46,462 bases of DNA from Verrucomicrobiales bacterium (GTDB lineage: Bacteria > Verrucomicrobiota > Verrucomicrobiia > Limisphaerales > UBA11320). This document shows positions 18,601 through 27,443 of this stretch, piece by piece. How positions within the stretch are numbered: position 1 is the stretch's first letter; every line of letters begins with the position of its first letter. The notes beneath the pieces are model-generated. The model had not been told where the DNA came from. It worked only from the letters and a program-made list of their open reading frames with translations, and made no database searches. The DNA is taken from NCBI GenBank assembly GCA_003452185.1, contig DMJJ01000214.1:1-46462 (forward strand). Reading direction: 5' to 3'. Position numbers and translations under genes: made by a program.

Positions 18601-19992
18601 ATGGCAGCACGAGCCTTGAACATCGACTACCACCCCGCCCTCCCGTTCCGGATGGCCGGAGGGGCGACGCTCGCCGCCTACGCCCTGCTGGGATGGTTGG
18701 GACGAGGGGGGCATCCCCCGGGGCTGCCGTTCTATTTTCTACTGATCGGTGTGGCCTGGGGCGGGCTCTGGGTTGCGGTGCGATCGTTTGGGGCCTCTCC
18801 GGCCCGGGGACTGACCGCCGAGGTGGTTGCCTGGGGAATCGCCTTTCGGCTGGTCGGATTTGTCTCATCGCCGGTGATGGAGGATGACTACTACCGCTAC
18901 CTGTGGGATGGGCGGCAGACCGCGCTCCACGGCAACCCTTACGCGACAGCTCCAGGAGCCCATTTCCAGGAGGAGGGGTTGTCGCCCCGGTTTGAGGAGA
19001 TCCTTGGGGGGATCAACTACCCGCATGTGCCGACGATCTACGCGCCAGTCCTGCAGTACCTGTTCGCGCTCGCCTATTGGATGAGCCCGGGCGAGCTCTG
19101 GCCCCTCAAGCTCCTCCTGCTGCTGGCCGACTTCGGCATCGCGCTCCTGATCTGGCAGCTGGGGGGGCGGCGACCGCTGTTGCTGTATCTCTGGTGCCCG
19201 CTCCTCATCCAGGAAGTCGCCTTCACGGCCCATCCCGACATCGCCGGCGTGGCCCTGGCCCTGGGCGCCGTGGCGGCGGCACGGCGCGGCGCCGGGGTCT
19301 GGTGCGGCAGCCTGCTCGGACTCGCCATCGCAACCAAGATTCCCGCGCTTCTCCTCGTCCCGTTCCTGCTCCCGGGGCGGGGTCTGCGGGCCTGGGTGGC
19401 CTGCGGTCTGGCTGCAGCCCTTGCCTATCTCCCGTTCTGGGCCCAGGGGTCCTGGGGTGATCTTCCCACACTCCTCCAGTTTGCCCGCGAATGGGAGTTC
19501 AACTCCGGGGGGTTCGCCCTGCTCAGGTCGGCCGTAGGCCCGGAAGCCGCGGGACCGGCAGCCCTGGCGATCACCGGAGCCGGCATCGGATGCCTCTGGG
19601 CACGGAGGCGACCAGGTCAACCCGTGAGGCTGGACTGGGTCTACGGGTGGTTCTTTGCCTGGAGCGCCGTGGTGCAGCCCTGGTACCTCCTCTGGCTCCT
19701 CCCGTGGGCTGCGTTCCAACCCTCCCGGGGAGCTTGGGCGGCGCTCGCTGCCGTGAGCCTCAGCTACATCACCAACCTGCAGCTCGGGATCTCGACCCCG
19801 GACCTGTTCGCCCATCCCGCCTCGGTTCGATGGGGGGAATACACCCTGGTGGGAATCGCTCTCCTGTTCGATCTGCTCGATCGCAGGCCGTCACGGCCCG
19901 GGGGCCATCCCGTCGCGCGGGGGGGAAGGCAGGTCAACGAGCCGCGGCTCTGCGGGCCGGCTCCAGCACCTCACGCAGCCGCGCCATCGTGA
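18601..19992 (+). CDS. polytopic membrane protein, GT-C-fold glycosyltransferase-like (DUF2029/GT87-like)
   Basis: About 10 or more hydrophobic helices. The first-loop acidic motif MEDDYYRYLWDGRQTALHGNPY followed by TIYAPVLQ resembles lipid-linked-sugar glycosyltransferases. The last ~35 codons are R/P/A-rich and overlap the 3' end of the convergent kinase gene. Confidence 0.6.
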   Translation: MAARALNIDYHPALPFRMAGGATLAAYALLGWLGRGGHPPGLPFYFLLIGVAWGGLWVAVRSFGASPARGLTAEVVAWGIAFRLVGFVSSPVMEDDYYRYLWDGRQTALHGNPYATAPGAHFQEEGLSPRFEEILGGINYPHVPTIYAPVLQYLFALAYWMSPGELWPLKLLLLLADFGIALLIWQLGGRRPLLLYLWCPLLIQEVAFTAHPDIAGVALALGAVAAARRGAGVWCGSLLGLAIATKIPALLLVPFLLPGRGLRAWVACGLAAALAYLPFWAQGSWGDLPTLLQFAREWEFNSGGFALLRSAVGPEAAGPAALAITGAGIGCLWARRRPGQPVRLDWVYGWFFAWSAVVQPWYLLWLLPWAAFQPSRGAWAALAAVSLSYITNLQLGISTPDLFAHPASVRWGEYTLVGIALLFDLLDRRPSRPGGHPVARGGRQVNEPRLCGPAPAPHAAAPS

Positions 19993-21805
19993 ACGGTTTC
20001 TGAAGCATCGGTGCATCGCACTCGCCCCCCACGCCCAGACCCGAGTGCGCCTCGCCCAGCCCGGTCATCAGGACGCACCGGACCCCGCGGCCGGCGCGCT
20101 CCACTTTTTCCATCAGCGCCGGCCCCGACATGCCGGGCATCGCGACGTCGCTGATGAGGGTTGAATAGCTCCCAGGGCTGCTGGCGAGAAGCCGCGCAAG
20201 GGCGGAAGCCCCGTCTGCGAAATCTTCGACCTCATACCCCAGTGACTGGATCATCCGGGTGGTCACCTGGCGGACCGCCGGGTCATCGTCCACCAACATC
20301 ACCCGCTCGCCCTCGGTACGGCCCCCCGTTGGCACGGGCTTCGTGCCGGGGGCCAGAAGCAGGGTGACGGAGGTCCCCCGACCCGGAGCGCTCCGGAGCC
20401 GGAGGCCACCCTGGAGCCGGGTGGCGCACCCGAATGCCTCGGACAAACCCATGCCCCGGTGCCCGGGTCGCGTGGTGAATCCCGGCTCGAACGCACGCGA
20501 CTGCACCGGACCGGTCATACCGTGGCCTTCGTCGGTGATTTCCACGTAGAGGTACTCGCCAGGGGTGAGGGGCCGCCCCCCCGGGATCGGCTCGAGGAGG
20601 TCGGACTCGACCTGCAGCAGCCCGGTGGCAACCACGAGCTTCCCGCAGCCCCCTTCCAGGCTCTCGACCGCGTTGGCCAGCAGGGCCTCGATCCCCCGCT
20701 GCAACCCCTCGGTCTGGGCCGCCGGAATGGGAGGCAGCATCGGATTGAACGCCAGTCGCAGGCGGTCTCCGGACGGGATGCCGGGGACCGAGTCGACGGC
20801 GGCCTCGACGATGCGATTGAGCTCCACCCCGGGCGATTCCCCGGGGGGAACGGCCGGCAGCGATTCTCCGAGCGGTTCCGTCAGGGTGTGGAGCAGCAGG
20901 TCAACCCCGCCATCGATGCCACGACCGCAGGTCACGAGCGCGGTGACGCGCCGTGATCCGCCGGAACGGTGGCGCACCCGTTTCTCAATTCGATAGTGAT
21001 CCACCTCGCCCGAGAGGAGTCGTGCGAACTGCGCGGCCTCGGCCTCGCGGTCATCGGGGTGGGTCAGGGAGGCCCATGTCTCCTCCTGGAGCTGGGGTTC
21101 GCTGCACCCGAGGAGGGCCCGGAGGCCGGGAGATGCAAACACCCAGCCACCTTGGGCCGAGGTGACCGCCACCGCCGCCCCCGCGGCGCTCAGGTGGTCG
21201 CGCCAGGCCGCCATCTCCGAGGCCCCGGCCCTGGGGGGGACCGTTTGCTCCGAGCCCTGCGCTGCAGGCAGGGCGGCGGTCAGACAGACCGGGCGATCCC
21301 CCATTTCCGCCGGCACCGATTGGCTCACGAGCCGGACCCGCCGGGGCGATCCCCCCTCGGACGGCAGAAGGCGAAGCTCGGTCTCGGCCCGCTCGCGCCG
21401 GGCGAGCACGGTGGCGACGTGGTGATGGAACCGGATCCGGTCCTCCTCGAGGAGGTGGGTGAAGAAGGGGCGTTGCTTGAACCGGGTCCGCTCCCCGCCC
21501 AGAAGCTCCCCTGCGGCGAGGTTCAGGTCCTCGACGTTGTGCCGGCCATCGAAGACGAAATAGGCCACCGGGGCGCTGTCAAACAGCTCGAAATAGCGCG
21601 CGCGGGTTCGTTGCAGCGTGGCCTGGGATTCCCGGAGCTCCTGGTTCTGGATCTCGAGCTCGATCTGGCGGGCCAGGTCCGATTGCGGAGCGGGTCGCAG
21701 CGGAGGAGGCAGGCGGGAAAGGGTGAACCGGGGTGGCAGGTCAAGCCGGGCGCCCTCCGACGGGACAACATCGGGCTCCGGCTCCTTCAGAGTGCGGTTG
21801 TTCAT
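19934..21805 (-). CDS. PAS-PAS-HATPase_c-receiver hybrid sensor protein lacking a recognisable His-phosphotransfer (DHp) domain
   Basis: I start at the ATG at 21805 (MNNRTLKEPE). Coiled-coil/PAS leader IELEIQNQELRESQATLQRTRARYFELFDSAPVAYFVF. A second PAS follows (WASLTHPDDREAEAAQF...YRIEKRVRHRSG). ATPase N-box LLANAVESL. G1 ITDEGHGM. G2 HRGMGLS. Receiver RVMLVDDDPAV...LISDVAMPGMSG...LQKPF. The longer track ORF running to 22657 overlaps the + strand gene 22034..22759 and is R/G/P-rich there. Confidence 0.8.
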   Translation of the reverse strand: MNNRTLKEPEPDVVPSEGARLDLPPRFTLSRLPPPLRPAPQSDLARQIELEIQNQELRESQATLQRTRARYFELFDSAPVAYFVFDGRHNVEDLNLAAGELLGGERTRFKQRPFFTHLLEEDRIRFHHHVATVLARRERAETELRLLPSEGGSPRRVRLVSQSVPAEMGDRPVCLTAALPAAQGSEQTVPPRAGASEMAAWRDHLSAAGAAVAVTSAQGGWVFASPGLRALLGCSEPQLQEETWASLTHPDDREAEAAQFARLLSGEVDHYRIEKRVRHRSGGSRRVTALVTCGRGIDGGVDLLLHTLTEPLGESLPAVPPGESPGVELNRIVEAAVDSVPGIPSGDRLRLAFNPMLPPIPAAQTEGLQRGIEALLANAVESLEGGCGKLVVATGLLQVESDLLEPIPGGRPLTPGEYLYVEITDEGHGMTGPVQSRAFEPGFTTRPGHRGMGLSEAFGCATRLQGGLRLRSAPGRGTSVTLLLAPGTKPVPTGGRTEGERVMLVDDDPAVRQVTTRMIQSLGYEVEDFADGASALARLLASSPGSYSTLISDVAMPGMSGPALMEKVERAGRGVRCVLMTGLGEAHSGLGVGGECDAPMLQKPFTMARLREVLEPARRAAAR

Positions 21806-22033
21806 ACTCGCAGACACGTTCGGTTCCACAGCTGACTTCACGAACAGGGTACGACAAGCCCACGCACATCCTCGTCCTCCGCAGCACGATTCCCTCAGGG
21901 CGGTCAACATGCTAGCGGGCTCGGGGGGTTTGTCAGTGAGTTTTTTGCCCCCCCCGGGAAGATCCCCCTTGCCTTTCACACTCTCTCCAGCGAGAGACTC
22001 TGGCGGGCGCGGGAACCGAGCGCCCAAGCGCCG

Positions 22034-22759
22034 ATGTCCGACCCATTGCTCAACCCGGCTCCCCCAGGGACCACGAATCGCGAGTTCCTTGAGCGGCATG
22101 CCCGCCCCGGGTGCGTTGGCCTGGCAGGGGGCACCACGCTGGTGGACCGGGCGATCGCGGCGGCCGAGCGGCACATCGACGCGGAGAAGCGGTGGAGCCG
22201 TTGGTCGCACGCCTTCGTGATCGGGGAGAGGCGGGCGGATGGGCACCTCTGGGTGATCGAATCCGACCTTGAGATCCATCGCCGCCACATCCGGCTTGGC
22301 GTCCAGGAGAACCGGCTTTCGAAGTATTACGCGGACGAGGACTACACCACACTGGCCATCCTGGACTTTGGGCTCCCGGCAGAGTCGGTGAACACCCTCC
22401 TTGCGGCCGGCCTGGAGATGGTGGCCAGCAGGACGCGCTACTCGCTGCGGGAGCTTCTTGGGACCCTGATCTCGCTGCAGCGGCCGGCGAGGCGGACCGG
22501 GCGGGCCAACCTTCTCTCCCGGGATCGGTCCATTTACTGCTCCGCCCTTGTGCAACACCTTTACCGCAAGGCAGGCGTCGACCTCGTCCCCGGGCTGCAC
22601 GACAAGCACACCACGCCCGAAGACCTTTCCCGCACTCTGGTGCCGCACACCCGCCATTTTTTGGAAAGGGCTCGCGCCCAGAGCCGCCTCGCGGGGCTGG
22701 CCCGCCGGGTGAAAGCCGGCATCAAACCGCTGGCACGCCGCCGCACGCCCAAGGGGTGA
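22034..22759 (+). CDS. permuted papain-like (YiiX/C92, DUF830-like) cysteine amidase/peptidase
   Basis: His-before-Cys order with RWSHAFVIGE and a later SIYCSALVQHLYRKAGVDL, resembling the CSxLV catalytic Cys motif of the permuted NlpC/P60 clan. Normal amino-acid composition. ATG start. Confidence 0.6.
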   Translation: MSDPLLNPAPPGTTNREFLERHARPGCVGLAGGTTLVDRAIAAAERHIDAEKRWSRWSHAFVIGERRADGHLWVIESDLEIHRRHIRLGVQENRLSKYYADEDYTTLAILDFGLPAESVNTLLAAGLEMVASRTRYSLRELLGTLISLQRPARRTGRANLLSRDRSIYCSALVQHLYRKAGVDLVPGLHDKHTTPEDLSRTLVPHTRHFLERARAQSRLAGLARRVKAGIKPLARRRTPKG

Positions 22760-22772
22760 ACCGGCCCCCCGG

Positions 22773-23564
22773 TCAACGGGCCGGCACGCTGCTGTGGGTC
22801 TTCAGCCACTCGTAGTCGTCCGGACGTGATGGGGCAAACACCCCGCCAGAGCCACCCAGGATGTTCGGCTTGAGGGTGTCGGGCACCACCCACTGATGCT
22901 GCTCGACGTGGCCGTCCGCGAAGGAGAGGTTGGCCCCGTTGTCATGGTAGTTCGCGGGAAGGTTCCCCCATTTCAGCTCGGCCCAGCGGTTCATGAAGAA
23001 GCCGTCGTTGATCGTGTCCGGGTGTTCATCGAGAAAGACGTAAATCTCGGAGGGTTTCGGAATCTGGGTGATCTGAAAAAACTGGATCATCTGCGGGTTG
23101 AATCGGTTGGTCAGCTCCCCGGGATTCCCCACCAGGCTGTTCATCGACATGCTTCGAATGCGGGCCCCGTTGGCGGCCATGGATTTGTCGGAGGGACACT
23201 TGAACGGGCTCGTTGAGTCGGAGAGGTAGGTGGCGAGCTCTCCCGAGGTGAGGCTCTGCAGGTTGGTGTTGTCGGGGCTGTAGTTCCAGTCGAGCAGGTT
23301 GTTCACCCAGTTCTGACGCCGCTTCACCGTCTCCTGAATCCCGTGGTTGTTCACGAGGGTGCCCGCCCGTTCGTCCGCGTACATCGTCCAGGCCAGGGAG
23401 AGCTGGCGGATGTTGTTGGCGCAGGCGGCGGTGTTGGCCTTTCCGCGGGCTTTCCCAAGGGCGGGAAGAAGGATGGCGGAAAGGATGGCGATGACGGCGA
23501 TGACGACAAGGAGCTCGATGAGCGTGAATGCCGCCGGTCGGGCCGGGGTGCTTTGGGTGCACAT
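22773..23564 (-). CDS. prepilin-type N-terminal cleavage/methylation domain protein of the H-X9-DG class
   Basis: [22 protein letters not shown] pilin-like N-terminus after a short leader ([12 protein letters not shown]). C-terminal [16 protein letters not shown] matches H-x9-DG exactly. Alternative upstream starts lie at 23582 and 23636. Confidence 0.85.
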   Translation of the reverse strand: MCTQSTPARPAAFTLIELLVVIAVIAILSAILLPALGKARGKANTAACANNIRQLSLAWTMYADERAGTLVNNHGIQETVKRRQNWVNNLLDWNYSPDNTNLQSLTSGELATYLSDSTSPFKCPSDKSMAANGARIRSMSMNSLVGNPGELTNRFNPQMIQFFQITQIPKPSEIYVFLDEHPDTINDGFFMNRWAELKWGNLPANYHDNGANLSFADGHVEQHQWVVPDTLKPNILGGSGGVFAPSRPDDYEWLKTHSSVPAR

Positions 23565-23781
23565 GCGGGGGGACTCTGGCATGGATCGGGCACGGAGGCC
23601 AGCAGGCGGTTCGAGGATCGGCCCCGACGGCGCCACAGCGGAGGAAGGGCCTGTTTTTCCCTTGTGCCCTGCGGGCCGCTTCCCACACTTGTCCCATGTT
23701 CGACATCGTCAGGCCCGTGCGGCCTGCCCGCCTCCCCCGACGGCCCGCCGCGGCCCGGCTCCCGGAGCCCCTGCCTGGCGC

Positions 23782-25038
23782 GTGAGCACAAGCCCCGCCA
23801 CCCCGCCATCGGCCAGCCCGTATGCGGTGCTCCGCAACCGGGACCTCCTGCTCTACATGGTCGGGCGGTTCGCCGCCTCGTTCGGCCAGCAGATGCTGAA
23901 CGTCGCCGTCGGGTGGGAGCTGTACGAACGGACCCACTCGGCCTTCGCGCTCGGGATGGTCGGGTTGACCCAAATGATGCCGATGCTCCTCTTCACCCTC
24001 CCGGCGGGCCACCTGGCCGACACCCTCGACCGGAAACGGATCCTGGTCGCCATGACCGCCGTTCAGGGGGTGGCAAGCCTTGGGCTGGCCTGCGTCTCGG
24101 CCCTCCAGGCCCCGGTCTTCCTCACCTACGTCGCCCTGTTCATCGCGGGAACGGCACGAACCTTCCTCTGGCCGGCAAGCTCCTCATTTCTTCCCCAGCT
24201 TGTCACACGGAGCGACTTTCCCCGCGCGGTGACCTGGAACACGGGCGCCTTCCAGCTCTCGGCGGTGGCGGGCCCCGCCACGGGGGGACTCCTCCTTTCG
24301 CTCCTGCACAGCGCCGCCCCCGTCTTCCTGTTGAACGCCGCCGCCGGCCTGGTCTGCCTCACCCTGGTCGGGATGGTCCGGGTGATGAGCCAGGAACGGG
24401 TGGGACGCGAACCGATGTCGCTCCGCAGCCTGGCAACCGGGTTCCGGTTCGTGTTCGACTCCAGGATCATTTCAGGGACCCTCACCCTCGACCTCTTCGC
24501 CGTCCTGCTCGGGGGAGCCACGGCACTCCTCCCGGTGTACTGCAAGGACATCCTGGGCTCGGGCCCTTCCGGCCTCGGGCTGCTCCAGGCGGCGCTGCCC
24601 GTCGGCTCCCTGGCCTGCGCGCTGGTGATGGCGCATCGTCCCCCGATGGAACGGGCGGGACGATCGCTCCTGTGGGCCGTGGGGCTTTTCGGGGTCGCCA
24701 CCATCGGGTTCGGCCTTTCGAGCTGGTACCCCCTCTCCTGGGCAATGCTGTTCGTGTGCGGCGCGGCGGACAACGTGAGTGTGGTGGTACGCCACACCCT
24801 GGTGCAGATGCTCACCCCGGATGAGAAACGGGGACGCGTCTCCGCCGTGAACAGCCTCTTCATCGGAACCTCCAACGAGCTGGGAGGGTTCGAGTCCGGC
24901 ATGGTGGCCCACCTCTGGGGGCCCGTCATCTCGGCGGTGTCGGGCGGGATCGGAACGCTGGTGGTCGTCGCCTGCGTGGCCATCGCGTGGCCGGAGATCC
25001 GCCGATACGGCCGCCTCGATGGTTCCCCGAGGGGGTGA
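23782..25038 (+). CDS. MFS transporter (EntS/MFS_3-like)
   Basis: The N-terminal RNRDLLLYMVGRFAASFGQQMLNVAVGWELY...LPAGHLADTLDRKRIL is typical of this MFS subgroup, with about 12 hydrophobic helices. The start is placed at the in-frame GTG at 23782, because upstream codons of the track ORF overlap the divergent pilin-like gene. The ATG at 23581 is an alternative. Confidence 0.8.
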   Translation: MSTSPATPPSASPYAVLRNRDLLLYMVGRFAASFGQQMLNVAVGWELYERTHSAFALGMVGLTQMMPMLLFTLPAGHLADTLDRKRILVAMTAVQGVASLGLACVSALQAPVFLTYVALFIAGTARTFLWPASSSFLPQLVTRSDFPRAVTWNTGAFQLSAVAGPATGGLLLSLLHSAAPVFLLNAAAGLVCLTLVGMVRVMSQERVGREPMSLRSLATGFRFVFDSRIISGTLTLDLFAVLLGGATALLPVYCKDILGSGPSGLGLLQAALPVGSLACALVMAHRPPMERAGRSLLWAVGLFGVATIGFGLSSWYPLSWAMLFVCGAADNVSVVVRHTLVQMLTPDEKRGRVSAVNSLFIGTSNELGGFESGMVAHLWGPVISAVSGGIGTLVVVACVAIAWPEIRRYGRLDGSPRG

Positions 25039-25096
25039 GTCCCGGGGCCCGGGCACGCCGCCCCCGCCCCCAACCCTCCTCCTCCTCCCCCTCAGG

Positions 25097-26386
25097 TCAC
25101 CTCCCGGACGGAGGCTCCTGAAGCATCCTCTCCTGCACCCCGCCGCCTGTGACCTCCCCTTCCCACCGGCTGATGGCGAGGGTGGCGATGCCGTTGCCGA
25201 TCAGGTTCGTGAGGGCCCGGCACTCGCTCATGAACCGATCGATGCCGACAAGCAGGGCCAGGGAGGCGAGCGGGATTTTGGGGACCACGGCCAGGGTGGC
25301 TGCCAGGGTGACGAACCCGGCCCCCGTGACCCCGCTAGCCCCCTTGGAGGAGATCATTGCCACGAGGAGCAATGCGAGCTGGTCCCTCCATCCAAGCGGG
25401 GTGTTCGTCGCCTGGGCCAGAAACACCGTCGCCATGGTCATGTAGATGTTCGTCCCATCCAGGTTGAAGCTGTAGCCGGTCGGCACCACCAGGCCAACGG
25501 TGGCATCGGCACATCCAAGCCTCCGGAGCTTCTGGATGAGTCCGGGAAGGGCGGTCTCCGAGGAGCTCGTTGCCAGCACCAACAGGAGCTCCTCCTTCAC
25601 GTAGGCGAGAAACCGGAGAATCGAGAACCCGCAGGCCCGGGCGATGGTCCCCAGCACCCCCAGCACGAACAGCAGGGCGGTGATATAGAACCCGGCCATC
25701 AGGGCCGCCAGGTGCTGGAGGCTCTGCAGCCCGTAATGTCCCACGGTGTAGGCCATGGCGCCAAAAGCACCAAGAGGGGCGACCCGGACCACCAGCCCGA
25801 GGATCCCGAGGAAGATATCCGACAGCCGTTCCACCCCCCCCAGCACCTCCTCCCGGCGGGCAGGGGCGAGGGAGGTCACCGCGAAGGCCGTGAGGCCGGA
25901 GACGAGCAGCACCTGGAGGAGGTCCCCCGTGACAAAGGCGTCGAAGAGCGTGTTCGGGATGATGTTGAGCAGGAAGCCCACCAGGTCGAGCCCCTTGGCC
26001 CGCGAGGCAAATCCCTGACCCACCTGGGGATCAAGCGTCCCAACGTCGACGTTGAAGCCGGCCCCCGGCCTCAGCAGATTCACAACCCCGAGGCCGATCA
26101 GCAGGGCCAGCGTCGACACCGCCTCGAAATACACCAGGGTCTTGATTCCCACCCGCCCCAGGGTGCGAAGGTCGCGCATCGAGGCGACCCCATGCACCAC
26201 GGTGCAGAAGATGATCGGGGCAATCATCATCCGTACGAGCTTGATGAACCCATCCCCGAGAGGCCGAAGCTGCCCCCCCCATTCGGGCGCCACCGCCCCA
26301 ACCACGACGCCCAGCGCAACCGCGATCAGGACCTGCACGTAGAGGAGCCGATGCCATCGCTGCCGAGAGGGTTGGGCCGGGTTCAC
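25097..26386 (-). CDS. dctA: C4-dicarboxylate / amino acid:cation symporter (DAACS family, DctA-like)
   Basis: [18 protein letters not shown]...[27 protein letters not shown] and later [17 protein letters not shown] and [18 protein letters not shown] are hallmark DctA/GltP motifs. Confidence 0.9.
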   Translation of the reverse strand: MNPAQPSRQRWHRLLYVQVLIAVALGVVVGAVAPEWGGQLRPLGDGFIKLVRMMIAPIIFCTVVHGVASMRDLRTLGRVGIKTLVYFEAVSTLALLIGLGVVNLLRPGAGFNVDVGTLDPQVGQGFASRAKGLDLVGFLLNIIPNTLFDAFVTGDLLQVLLVSGLTAFAVTSLAPARREEVLGGVERLSDIFLGILGLVVRVAPLGAFGAMAYTVGHYGLQSLQHLAALMAGFYITALLFVLGVLGTIARACGFSILRFLAYVKEELLLVLATSSSETALPGLIQKLRRLGCADATVGLVVPTGYSFNLDGTNIYMTMATVFLAQATNTPLGWRDQLALLLVAMISSKGASGVTGAGFVTLAATLAVVPKIPLASLALLVGIDRFMSECRALTNLIGNGIATLAISRWEGEVTGGGVQERMLQEPPSGR

Positions 26387-26612
26387 AGCCGCCAGCTTAC
26401 GGAAACCCGGGAGGGGAGAACAAAACTAATCCGCCCCCCCCAGCAGAGCACGGGTGCCGGGTGGGGTTCGCAGCCGGAGGTAAAGATTCCGGCCGCCGGT
26501 TCCGATGGAACCCTGGGGTCCTGACCATTTTCTTTTCGTGGGGGTGATGGATCTCCCCCACTTGCCCGATCCCGCGCACAGGAGATCCACAGGAGACGGA
26601 GAGAGAGAGAGT

Positions 26613-27188
26613 ATGCAAACTGGAACCAGGAGATTGAGCCGGGGGAGATTCGTGGCGTTGCTGGCCGGAGGCCTTCTCGCGGCAGGCAGCTCATTCGGAG
26701 GAGGGATCGACCCGTCCGTGCAAGCCAGGATCGACGCCAAGGTGAAGGAGATCCAAGGGTGGGCCTCCGACCCCGTGATCGTGAAGGCGGTCGCGGAGCA
26801 GAACGCCACCCCGCCCGCTGAATTTGCCTCCATGACGCAGGAGAAGTGGAAAAACCTCACCGTCCTCGACCCGGTGGTGCGAGGGTTCACCAAGAACGGG
26901 GTGGGGACGTTTCTCAAGGGGAAGAAGGATGACGTGATCTCGGAGGCCTTCGTCTCGTCCGCCGACGGCACCAAAGTCGGCTTCCTGAGCAAGACCACCA
27001 ACTGGTGCCACAAGGGAAAGCCGAAGCACGAGGAGCCGCTGCAAGGAAAGTCCTGGCAGGGGCCGGTGGAGGTTGATGAATCAACCGGGCTGCAGCAGGT
27101 GCAGGTGGCCCTGCCGATCGTCGAGGGGGGGAAACCCGTGGGATCGCTGGTTGTCGGACTGAGCCTTGCAACGCTCGCAGGCCAGTAG
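26613..27188 (+). CDS. secreted PDC/Cache-like sensor-domain protein without output domain
   Basis: I start at the ATG at 26613 (MQTGTRRLSRGRFVALLAGGLLAAGSSFG, a Tat-like RR signal). The body (...NWCHKGKPKHEEPLQGKSWQGPVEVDESTGLQQVQVALPIVEGGKPVGSLVVGLSL) resembles single PDC/Cache periplasmic domains. The protein ends without a TM helix or transmitter. Confidence 0.55.
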   Translation: MQTGTRRLSRGRFVALLAGGLLAAGSSFGGGIDPSVQARIDAKVKEIQGWASDPVIVKAVAEQNATPPAEFASMTQEKWKNLTVLDPVVRGFTKNGVGTFLKGKKDDVISEAFVSSADGTKVGFLSKTTNWCHKGKPKHEEPLQGKSWQGPVEVDESTGLQQVQVALPIVEGGKPVGSLVVGLSLATLAGQ

Positions 27189-27194
27189 CTACTC

Positions 27195-27213
27195 CGCCCC
27201 CGTGCGGGGGGCG
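27195..27213 (+). terminator. GC-rich hairpin just after the PDC-like gene stop (weak terminator candidate)
   Basis: A 7-bp stem, CGCCCCC (27195-27201) pairing with GGGGGCG (27207-27213), with a 5-nt loop. It is followed by cggaTTT, which is only a short T run. Confidence 0.3.
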
Positions 27214-27443
27214 CGGATTTCAGGTGGACTTTGACCCTCGATGCGGGGAAGGTTCGCTAACAGACCTCGCGAGCCTATGAACCGATTCCCCCGCCCCTCG
27301 GTTGGCAAATCCCCTCCCAATCGCCGTGACCTCCTCGCCCGGGCCGTCGTCACCGGGTCGCCTCTCCCGGTGGAGGGGGCGCGGACCGGAGAACGCGACG
27401 CCCGCGTCGACATCCTCCTCGGGACCACCCCCGAGATGTGACC

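Noticed and set aside
21806-22657. N-terminal 284-codon extension of the hybrid-kinase ORF (the track gives 19934..22657)
   Set aside because: The extension overlaps the well-composed + strand C92-like gene (22034..22759) and is R/G/P/K-rich. The internal ATG at 21805 is followed immediately by the coiled-coil/PAS leader typical of such kinases.
23347-23781. N-terminal extension of the MFS ORF overlapping the divergent pilin-like gene
   Set aside because: The translation (…[25 protein letters not shown]…) is antisense to the FTLIELL pilin N-terminus and has no TM character. MFS helix 1 begins only after about nt 23830.
25058-25096. C-rich/(CCT)4 tract between the convergent MFS and dctA ends (G-quadruplex-type on the minus strand)
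   Set aside because: One loop would be about 10 nt, so it is not a canonical G4. Such runs are expected in GC-rich 3' spacers, and no associated structure or T-tract is present.
27241-27441. 66-aa ORF filling the spacer between the PDC-like gene and the S9-PhoD fusion
   Set aside because: The translation is R/P-rich and low-complexity, with no SD sequence and no motif. It is probably non-coding 5' leader. It ends overlapping the alternative GTG at 27438, but that is likely coincidental.
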